In this document: positions 1 to 11,593 of the stretch, one piece after another
Position numbering within the stretch: the first letter of the stretch is position 1
Layout of the letters: each line of letters starts with the position of its first letter
From: Scenedesmus sp. PABB004
Taxonomy: Eukaryota
Direction: 5' to 3'
Length of the DNA stretch: 64,000 bases
NCBI GenBank assembly: GCA_014905635.1
Contig: JABVCE010000019.1
Location: forward strand, 248,001-312,000
The notes under the pieces: model-generated
Database searches by the model: none
What the model was told of the DNA's origin: nothing
What the model saw: the letters and a program-made list of their open reading frames with translations, nothing else
Translations under genes and position numbers: made by a program

Positions 1-758
1 TCGTTCGGCGCGCCGGCAGCAGAGGCTGTGGCAGACGCGGCGCCCCGCAGAGCAGCCGCCGATGCCAGCGCCGCGCTGGACCCAGACGGGCCCGCGCAGG
101 CCGCGCTGGCGGAGGTGCTGCGCAGCGCGCTGGCGGCGCGGTGCGGGTACGAGTTTCGGGACGCTGCGCTACTGCGCCGCGTGGCCGGCCACGTGCTGCG
201 CGTGCTCACGCACGGCGGCGCGGCCCGGACGACGCCGAGGAGGCGCGGCTCCACTTTCTCGGCTTCAGCGTGCTCCAGTTTGCCGCGGCCGCACGCGCGC
301 ACGGCGGCGCGCCGCTGGACGGCTGGGGGCCGCTGGACGGCGCCGGCGCCGGCGCGAGCTGGCCGGCCGTCGCCGCGGCCGCGGCGGGCGGCGGCGGGAT
401 GGCGCCGGACGGCGCCGGCGCCGGCGCCTGGGGCGCCTGGGACGACACGGCGGCGGCGGCGGCGGTGGAGGGCATGTGCCGGCGCAAGGTGTCGCTGTCG
501 ACGGTGCGGCACCGAGCCAAGATGTGGCTGGGCCTGGGGCTGGACCCCGCGCCCTGGGTCGGCCCGGGCGCGCACGTCCTGCGCGTGCGCTGGAAGCACC
601 AGAAGGGCTCCCTCGCGCGCTGCCTGGACCTGCTGGTCGCGGCGGTGTGGCTCGACGGCGGCGGCGGCGACGCGCGGCGCGTCGCGGCGCGCCTGCTCGC
701 GGCCACGCCGCCGACGGGTGTGTGCAAGGCCTGGATACCGGGATGGGCGCTCAAGTGA
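1..758 (+). CDS. RNase III-like domain, terminal exon of a gene entering from the left; catalytic residues degenerate; apparent frameshift near 215-225
   Basis: Frame 1 is open from base 1 and gives GYEFRDAALLRR...LTH; frame 3 continues ARLHFLGFSVL (cf. ERLEFLGDAVL) and LARCLDLLVAAVWLDGG (cf. LADxxEAxxGAxYLD); TGA ends at 758. Confidence 0.6.
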   Translation, partial: VRRAGSRGCGRRGAPQSSRRCQRRAGPRRARAGRAGGGAAQRAGGAVRVRVSGRCATAPRGRPRAARAHARRRGPDDAEEARLHFLGFSVLQFAAAARAHGGAPLDGWGPLDGAGAGASWPAVAAAAAGGGGMAPDGAGAGAWGAWDDTAAAAAVEGMCRRKVSLSTVRHRAKMWLGLGLDPAPWVGPGAHVLRVRWKHQKGSLARCLDLLVAAVWLDGGGGDARRVAARLLAATPPTGVCKAWIPGWALK

Positions 759-770
759 AGCAGTGAGTGA

Positions 771-2716
<1,946 letters not shown>

Positions 2717-2862
2717 GCTGCTGGCGCCGGGGCGCGCGTGCGTGAGGGTGCGCGCGAGCGAGCACTGCGGCGGGCCGCGCGTGCGGCGAGGGACGGCGCC
2801 GGGCGCGGCGGCGGCCGGCGGCGTTTTTGGGGTGAGGGAGGGGGGGGGCTGGCTGGTGGGCT

Positions 2863-3202
2863 GCTGCGCCGCGCGTGCTGGGGCGCGGGGAGCTGTCGCG
2901 GCGGGGGCGTCCGGCCGCGATCTGGGCGCGGCGCGGCGGCGAACGGGCCTGCGGGAGGCGGACGAGCAAGATATTTTTCCAGTGACGCACCGGCGGTCGT
3001 GCGGCGGCGGCAGCCCACACCGCCGCCGCACTGCGCCGGGCGCGCGGCCGGCCCCGGGCGGCGCAGCACGCGCTGCGACCTCCTCCCGCAGCTCACGCGT
3101 CGCGGCCGCCGCCGAGCAGCAGCCGCGGGCGGCGCGGCGCGGGCGCCTGCTGCTGCGCTTGCGCCTGAGCGAGCTCCGCCGCCGCCGCCGCCGCCGCCAG
3201 CC
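2863..3202. repeat. Inverted repeat copy A (~340 bp), reverse complement of 5248-5592
   Basis: GACGAGCAAGATATTTTTCCAGTGACGCACCGGCGG here versus CCGCCGGTGCGTCACTGGAAAAATATCTTGCTCGTC at ~5458-5493; few differences. Confidence 0.95.
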
Positions 3203-3337
3203 GGGCGCCGCCCTCGCCCACCGCGTGCCGCGCGGCCGCCGGGCGCGGCTCAGACCCCCCACGGCCTGCTCCAGCCCCACGGCCGCGCGCGCCAAAACGC
3301 AGCCGCTCCGCGCTGCCGCGTCACACCCAGCAGTGCA

Positions 3338-3762
3338 TCACTTCATCTTGCCCTCGGTGAAGAGCACGCGCCGGTTGACCAGCGGGTCAAACTTCACGCG
3401 CTGCAGCCTGCGCGCCGGCCGGCGGCGGCGGCGCTGTAACGCGCCGCGCCGGCGGCGCGCGGCGGCGGCCCGGGCGCGCGCGCCGCGCGGCGGGGCCAGG
3501 ACGGCTGCGCCGCCGCGCGCGCGCATGCTGGCGCTCACTTGTAGGGCACGTTGCGGGGGTTCTTCTTCGTCACGTAGAAGTAGCCGGTCTGCGCGGTCGA
3601 CACCTGGGGAGCGGCGCGCGGGCGCAGCGGCGGCGGGCGCGCGGTGAGCGGACGCCGAGCGCGGAGCGCGAGCGCCGCGGCGGCGGCTGCGCGGCGCGGC
3701 CCGGCGCGGCGGGGGCGGACCAGCTTGATGAGGATCTGGCCGAGCTTCTTCTTGCCCGCCAT
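3338..3762 (-). CDS. rpl33: Organellar (likely mitochondrial) ribosomal protein L33, 3 exons
   Basis: MAGKKKLGQILIKL|VSTAQTGYFYVTKKNPRNVPYK|LQRVKFDPLVNRRVLFTEGKMK*, typical bL33 motifs. Confidence 0.93.
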
Positions 3763-4224
3763 GCCGCCGCCGCCGGCCGCTGCGCCGCCGCGCGGCCGTG
3801 GCAGGGAGCGGCGCCGCCGGCCGCCGCGCGAGCGCGCGCTGCTCCGCCCCGCCCCGCGCCCGACGCCCGGCGCGCTGCGAATCCCGGTGCGCGCTGGCTG
3901 CGCGGGCGTGGCCGGACGGCCGCGAGCGCGCGCCGCTGCTGCCGCTGCCGCCGCTGCCGCTGCTGCTGTCGCCGCTGCTGCGTGCCTGGCGCTGCGTGCA
4001 AGGCACGGTGGAGGAGGGGCAATGGAGCGATGGGTGAGACGCCGGGAAGGCGTTCAGCGGCGCCGCAGCTAAAACGCGCGGCCGCCGCCGGTTGCTCGAG
4101 GCGCCGCACCGCTGCCGGCCCCGGCCACACATCGCCTCCCACCGCGCTCACGACCTTGCACCGCCCGCGAGCGAACCAGCGCCGCTGCTGCCGCCCGCCG
4201 CAACCGCCCTCGCGAGCGCACGCG

Positions 4225-5357
4225 ATGCTGCCGGCGGCGCCGGCGCTCGTGCTGCCGTGGGAGCAGCAGCAGAAACCACGCAAGCAGCAGCAGCGCAGGC
4301 GGGGACCGCGTATGGAGGCGCGCGCGGAGCTGGTGCAGGCCGTCAAGTGCGCCGCCGCTGCTCTGCGACGTCGCGCGGCGCATGCATGCGCGCCGCCGCG
4401 CGACCCGCCGCCCGCCGCGGCGGGCGCGCAGGTACGGCGCGGGCGCCGCCGCCGGCGTCGCGGTGGTGGCGTGGCTGAAGCGCAAGATCGCTGGCCTCCC
4501 CGTCGTGGGCCTGCTGGCGACGCCCTTCCTCTGTGAGCCGCTGGCAGCGGCGCCGCCCGCCCGGCGCGCGGGGGCGCCACGCCGACCCTCCGCCGGCGCG
4601 CGGCCCGCGCCGCGCGCACGCGGCCCCGGCGCCGCGCCCGACGCGCCCGCCCCGCCCGCCCGGCGCCGTGGGCAGGCCTCATGCCGACGCTGCTGCTGGG
4701 CAGCGCTGTGGGCGCCGCCGTCGTGTTCGGCATCGACGAGGGCGACCCGCTGGCGGTGCAGCACAAGCTGCTGCCCAAGGCGCGCCGCCGCCGCCGCCGC
4801 CATGCGCCCGCGCCAGCTCGCGCCCGCGCCCGCACCGAGCCCGCGCCCGCCGCCACGCCGCGCGCAGGTGCGGCGGCAGCTCTCGCACGTCCACCGCGAG
4901 GCGGCCGCAGCGGCGGGCGAGCTGGGGCGCAGCTTGCAGGACCTGCACGCGCAGCAGATTGCTGCCGCTGAGCGCGCGGCGCGCGAGGTGCGCGCGCCGC
5001 GGCGCACCCCCCGCCCTCGGCGGCCACTGCGCGGCGCCCGGCCTGCGCCGCTGCCGGCTGCCGACGCGCAGCGCCCGCGCCCCTTTGCCGCCGACGCCGT
5101 TGCAGGGTGAGGCGGCGCTGTCGCGCGTGGCCGCGGAGCTGGAGCAGGCCGCTGGCGAGGCGTCGGCCGAGCTGCGCCCGACGGTCGCGCGGCACGCGCG
5201 CCGCGCGGCGCGCCAGCTCGACGCGGCGGCGGGCGAGGCAGATGCCTGGCTGGCGGCGGCGGCGGCGGAGCTCGCGCAGGCGCAGGCGCAGGCGCAGCAG
5301 CAGGCGCCCGCGCCGCGCCGCCCGCGGCTGCTGCTCGGCGGCGGCCGCGACGCGTGA
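4225..5357 (+). CDS. Hypothetical protein with hydrophobic segments followed by an Ala/Glu-rich coiled coil (5 exons; start at 4225 or 4312)
   Basis: Exons join in frame: MEARAELVQAVK|YGAGAAAGVAVVAWLKRKIAGLPVVGLLATPFL|GLMPTLLLGSAVGAAVVFGIDEGDPLAVQHKLLPK|VRRQLSHVH...|GEAALSRVAAELEQ...GGGRDA*. Confidence 0.65.
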
Positions 5358-5592
5358 GCTGCGGGAGGAGGTAGCAGCGCGTGCTGCGCCGCCCGGGGCC
5401 GGCCGCGCGCCCGGCGCAGTGCGGCGGCGGAGTGGGCTGCCGCCGCCGCACGACGCACCGCCGGTGCGTCACTGGAAAAATATCTTGCTCGTCCGCCTCC
5501 CGCAGGCCCGTTCGCCGCCGCGCCGCGCCCAGATCGCGGCCGGACGCCCCCGCCGCGACAGCCCCCCGCGCCCCCAGCACGCGCGGCGCAGC
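5248..5592. repeat. Inverted repeat copy B: last ~35 codons, stop and 3' flank of the hypothetical gene
   Basis: Reverse complement of 2863-3202. Confidence 0.95.
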
Positions 5593-5786
5593 GCGGCGCG
5601 CCCACCGGCCTCAGACGCGCCAACCCGCCGGCCCTCCCGCGCGCCCGCGCAGCCGTGCCGGGAGCGCGTGCGCCTTCGTCGCCGCAGCGAGCGCTTTTCC
5701 ACGCGGCGCGAACGCGCGTGCGGCCACAACTGTTCGTCAGCGCTCCGCGGGCCGCCGGCCAGGACGCGCGCCGCGACCGCCCAGCC

Positions 5787-8700
5787 ATGCGCCTCGCGCA
5801 CAGGACGCGGCGGGCAGGTGCGGGCCGGCGCGGGCGGCCAAGATCGGGCGGCGCATGGGGCGGGCGGGCCCACAACGCTCGTCGCGTTGCTGCTCCCGCG
5901 AGCGGCGTGCGCGGGGGCGCGCGGGCGGGCCCCGCGGGGCGCCATCACGCGCGCCGGACCCTTTGGCGCTCACGGTGCCGCCCTCGCCGCCCGCAGGCCC
6001 GCCGCCGGCGCGCCGGCCCTCGCTGGTCGGGCGGCGCGCCGGCGTGCCGCTGCCGCCGCCGCGCCGGCTCGTCGGCGCGCGTGACGCCGAGGTGGTCGCG
6101 TTCACGGCCGAGCAGCTTCAGCAGGAGAGCCTGGAGGCGGCCGCCGCGCTGCTCGCGGCGGCCGGCGGCTCGACCGCGGGCGCGCAGGGCGCCAAGGCCA
6201 ACAACGGCCACGGCGCCAAGGCCAACGGCAACGGCGCCAAGGCCAACGGCAACGGCAACGGCGCCAAGCCCAACGGCGTGGCCAATGGCAACGGCGGTGG
6301 CAGCCGCGGGAGCTACACGCCCGTCGCCGTCGCGGCGGCCGGCGCGGCCGGCGCCGCCGACGCCACCGCCGGGCGCCACGCGAGCGGCAGCGCCAACGGC
6401 GTGGCCAGCAAGAACGGCAACGGCGCGGCCAGCAAGAACGGCAGCGGCGCGGCCAGCAAGAACGGCAGCAAGAACAGCAGCAAGAACGGCAGCAACGGCA
6501 GCAACGGCGGCAACGGCAGCGACGGCGGCGGCCCCGACGCGCGCGCCGCCGGCGCGCGCGCCGCGGCCGCGGCGGACGCCGCCGCCGCGGCCGCGGCCGA
6601 GGCGGCCGCGGCCGCGTGGGCGGGCGCCGCCGCCGCGCCGAGCCTGCCGGGGCAGCAGCTGTCGTTCACGACGTTTGACTGCGGCGTGTCTGTCAGCATC
6701 AGCCGCGAGCCCGGCGCCGCGCCGTCGGGCGACGCGCGCGCGAGCTGGGACGCGGCCGACGCGGCGACCGCGGCCGCGGCGGGCGCGAGCCCCGCGGCGC
6801 CGCCGGCGCCCGCGGCCGCGCCCGCCGCCGACGGCGCGGGCGAGCCCGGCGGCGCGCCGGCGGGTCAGGGATGCTACTATGTGCGTGTTGAGCTGCCCCA
6901 CAGCTACGGCCCGCAGTGCGTGCTGCACTGGGGCGTAGAGAACTGGGACCTCCCCCGCGCGCGTGCCAGCCGCCGCACAGCGAGGAGGTGCGCGCATGCG
7001 CCGCGCGCGCGCGCGCCGCGCCGCCGTCCGCCGCCCGCCGGCGCCGCTGCGGCCTTGGTGGTCCCCCGCCGAGCCGCCCCGCGCGCGCCCCCCGCCCCCG
7101 CCCCGTCCGCCCGCCGCGCAGGCGGGCGAGCGCGCGGTGCGCACGCCGTTTGGCCCGCTGGGCTCGGTCCCGCTGATGCCCCTGGAGCTCGGCGCGGCGC
7201 TCGCCGCCGCGGAGCGCGAGGCCGCGGCCGCCGCCGCCGAGGGCGCCGCCGCGGGCGCCGCCGAGGGCGGCGAGGGCGGCGCGGCCGCGGCGCCGGCGCC
7301 GGCGCCGGCGCCGGACGCGGCGCCGCCGGCGGCGCCCGAGGGCGCGGCGCTCGGCCGCGCCCTCGCGGCGGCCTATGCGGGCGTGCCCGACGGCACGCCC
7401 TGGGTCGTGACGCTGGCCTTCCCTGACACCCTCTGCCCAGAGCGCCTCGTGTTTGTGGTGCATCAGATGGCGACGCCCGCCAACGAGTGCGCGCGCGCCG
7501 TTTGCTTGCGCGCCGTTTGCTTGCGCGCGCGCTCGGTCGCGCGCGCCCGCGCCGCGGCCGCCGTTGTCCGACCCCGCCCGCCCGTTGGCCGCGCAGGTAC
7601 GAGGACGCGTGGGTGCGCGACCACGGCGCCAACTTCAGCCTCCAGCTCCGCTCGCCCTGCCTGGGCGACCTCGTCGAAGGCGTGCTGGCGGCCGAGGCGA
7701 CCTACGAGCAGTGGGGCCTCCTGCACAGGCGCGGCGGCGGGGCGGCGGGGGGGGGGGGGGGGGGGGGTCGGTCGGTTGATCGCTGTGTCAGCGCCGCCGG
7801 GAGGGCTTTGAGCGGGGGCTCGGGGCTCGTCAGGGGGCCGCAGCGCGGCGGCGGCCGAGCCGCGCGGGTGAGCTGCGGGCGCGAGCGAAGCGGCTGAGCT
7901 GCTCCCCGCACCTCCCCTCCCGCCCGCCCCGCGCAGGCTGCAGCGCGTGCTCGAGCTCCTGGACAATGCCGAGGCCGCCGGTGCGGCGGCGGCTCCCAGC
8001 CCGGGCAGCGGCGGCGCCGCTCCGCCGCGGGCTGCGAGCCTCCTCGCCCCGCGCCCCCCGCCCCCTGCCCTCCCCTCCTCGCCCGCGCGGCCGCTCGCAA
8101 CGCACGGACGCGCGCCGCCCCCCCCCCCCCCCCCCGCCCACCCCGGAACCCCCGCCCGCCCCTCAACCCGTCGCCGCCGCAGGCGCGGCGGGGATGGCGT
8201 TTGTGTTCACGTGGCTCCGCCTCAGCAGCAACAGGCTGCTCGACTGGCAGCGCATGTTCAGCTACCAGCCCCGCGACATCACCTGGGCGCAGCAGCAGGC
8301 GTGCCGCGGTTTAGGGGTTGTGTGTTATAAGGGTTTGAAGGTTTAGGGGGGGCTTGTAGAGGGTTCAGGGCGCGCTGTGTTTCAGCGCCGAGCCCAGCCT
8401 CGGCGGCGCGCCGCGCGGCCGCCCGGGCGGCCGTCAGCGTGCACGCGCGGCTCACATCCCCGCGAGTGTGCTGACGGCCGCCCGGCGGCCGCGCGCGCGG
8501 CGCGCGGTGCGCGGGGGCGGCGCGGCCGCACACGTGCGCGCGCGGCCGTCTGGGCGGCCGTCAGCGACGTGATCGCCGCTTTCAGCGGCGCTCACGAGCT
8601 CACGGCCGCCCAGGCGGCCGCGCGCGCGCGGTGCGCGGGGGCGGCGGGCCGGCGGCACGGCCGCGCGCGCACGCGCGCCGCGCGGCCGCCTGGGCGGCCG

Positions 8701-11496
8701 CCAGCAGGCCAGCATGCTCGGCGCTGAAGCTGTATGCAGCGTCAGCGTGGAGCATGTTGACCTGCTGGCGGCCGCCCAGGCGGCCACGCGCGCTCAGCCG
8801 CGGCGCGCGGTGTGCGGGGGCTGCTGATCGTGAGGCATGGGGCGGGCTGGCAGAGGCGGCCACGGGCGACCCCCCCCCCCCACACACACACACACACGCG
8901 CACGCACACACACACACGTGGCGGCGGCGTGCGCTGAGCTCCCCCCCCCCCCGCAAACCCAACACCCTAAACCTCGCCCATCCCGCCCCGCCTGAACCCC
9001 CCGCGCCTAAACCCTCCCGCGCAGGTCGCTGAGCGCATCGCCGACCGCGCGCGCTCCGCGCCCGACCCCGCCGTGCGCGCGTACTGCCGCGCCGTGCTGG
9101 GCAAGCTCTCGCGCGGCGGCGGCAACGGCGACGAGATCCGGATGGGCATCCTGAACGTGATGCGCGACAACGGCATCCGCGAGGGCAACCGCGGGGTGCG
9201 CGCGGCGCCCGCGCCGCGCGCGCTGCGCGCGCTGCGTGTGTGCGTGCGCGTGCGTGCGGGCTGTGGCCGGCCGTGCGTGCGTGTGGCTGCCGCGCTGTGC
9301 CGCAAGGCCGCGCGCGCGCGGCAGCGCGCCCCCATCACCGCTCCTTTGTCGCAGCCCTGACCCCGCCGCGGCCCCCCTAAACCCTCGCCCGCCGCCCCCA
9401 CAACCCCGCGCAGGGCCTCGATGAGCCCTTCCTGGAGCAGTGGCACCAGAAGCTCCACCAGGCGACCAGCCCCGAGGACGTGGTCATCGCGGAGGCTTAC
9501 CTCGCCTTCCTGCACACCGGGTCGCACGACGACTGGTGGGTTTAGGGGTTGGGGTTTAGGGCCGAGGTTTAGGGGAGGTTCAGGAGAGGTTGAGGGTTGA
9601 AGGGTTCAGGGACGGCCGGGAGCGGCCGGGGTTGCAGTGGGGCCGGGGCGCGCCGGCGCTTTCGGCGCCGCGCTCCGCGCGCGCCTCCTAAAACCCTGCC
9701 CCCGCCCGGCCCCTAAACCCCGCCCGCCCCTAAACCCCGCCGCCAGGTGGCGCGTGCTCGCCGAGAACGGCGGCATCACCAAGGAGCGCATGGAGGCGTG
9801 GGAGCAGCCCATCACGGGTGCGCGGCCGCGGCACCCGTTTCTTGTTGTTTTGTGTGTTTCTTAGTTTTTTTGTTGTTGGCTGTTGCTGCGGGCGCCGCCG
9901 CTGGCCGCTCGGTGCTGCCGGCGCCGCCCGGGGGTGCCGAGACCTACCTGCCTCGCGCAGTTGCGGGCGGTCCTGGCCACCCCCTGGCGGCGCTGGCAGC
10001 ACCGAGCAGCCCGCCGCGCCGCCCACCGCCCACCGCCCCTCGCCTCGGCCGCGTGCCTCTGTCCCTCACCACCGCCGCTGCTCGCCGCCGCTCACCGCCG
10101 CCCTCAAAACCCCGCAGCGCTGCCGATGCACCTGCCCCAGCTCATCCAGCGATCCAGGTGCGGCCCGCGCGCTTTAGGGGGCCCGCTGAACCCTCACGGC
10201 AGGGCTCAGGCAGGGGCCCTGCGGGGAGGCTGCGCCGCCGCGCCCGGGGGCGAGCGGAGCCTGCGCCGCCGCGCTCCACGCACCTCCTCGACGCTAAACC
10301 CTGCCCCCGCCCGCCCTCGCCTGAACCCCAACCCTCACAGCACTACCACTGGGTGCTCAAGGTGAGATGGGCGGCTGCCCGGTGCCGCCTGCGCCTGCGC
10401 CGGCGCAGCACAGCGCAGCGCAGCGCCGGCGCCGCGCAGCGCAGCGCAGCGCAGCGCCGTGCCTCGCCGCCCGGCCGGCGCGGCGCGACGCGCCCCCGCC
10501 CTCTGAAACCGTGCGCCCAAACCCCGCCCCGCGCGCGCGCGCGCGCGCGCCGCAGACCTGCCACTCCGGCGCGGAGCTCGACACGGCGCTGACGTGCGCG
10601 CAGGGCTTCGTGGACCCAGACCTGCGGTGCGGCGCCGCGTGGCGCCGCGCGCCGGCCCACAGGCAGCGCCCGGCGCGGCGCGCCGCTCGACCTGCGAGCT
10701 AGCAGCGGCAGCGCCGCCGCGCTCGTCTGCCTCCCTGAAAAGCCCTGCCGCCCCTAAACCCCGCCCTAAACCCCGCCCCCGCCGCCCCCCTAAACCCCGC
10801 CGCCCAGTTGGCACCTGTATGACCTGCTCGCCAACCGCAACGCCTGGTGGGCGCCCGGCAAGACGCTCGAGCTGCGCCGCCGGCTCAAGCCCTACTGGCA
10901 GGTGGGTGGTGCGGCGTGTGAGGGCTTAGGAGCGTGTGAGGGTTTAGGAGCGCTGAGCGCGTGGGCGCCTCGCGGCTGCCCCCCTCCCGTCCCCTCCCCG
11001 CGCCGCGCTGTGCCGCCGCGCGCGCGCCTCGCTCACGGAGCGCACCAGCTCCGCGCCGCTCCACCACGCACGCCCTTGACACCCCGCCCATGCCGCTTAA
11101 CCCCGCCCTTCAACCCCGCCAGGCCCCTGGGTCGAGCCGCGACCTGCTGCTGCTTGACATCGCGCTCGAGAGCTGGCTGCGCCTCCTGGTGGAGCGCCAG
11201 GACAAGCGCGCGCTCTCGGGGGACGACCTCGTGGAGCTCATGGGCCTCGTGCTCGGCAACGCCGCGCTCACGGTGCGTGGGCGCTGTCATTACTTGTGTT
11301 ATTGTGTTGCTTTTGCGTGTTCTGGGTTGAGGGCTGCGCCTGGTGGAGCTCATGGGCCTCGTGCTCGGCAACGCCGCGCTCACGGTGGGCGTGCGCTGTC
11401 ATTACTTGTGTTATTGTGTTGCTTTTGCGTGTTCTGGGTTGAGGGCTGCGCCTGGTGGAGCTCATGGGCCTCGTGCTCGGCAACGCCGCGCTCACG

Positions 11497-11593
<97 letters not shown>

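Noticed and set aside
8413..8820. True CRISPR array
   Set aside because: The repeats are inverted arms around self-complementary inserts and no cas genes are present; kept as a hairpin array instead
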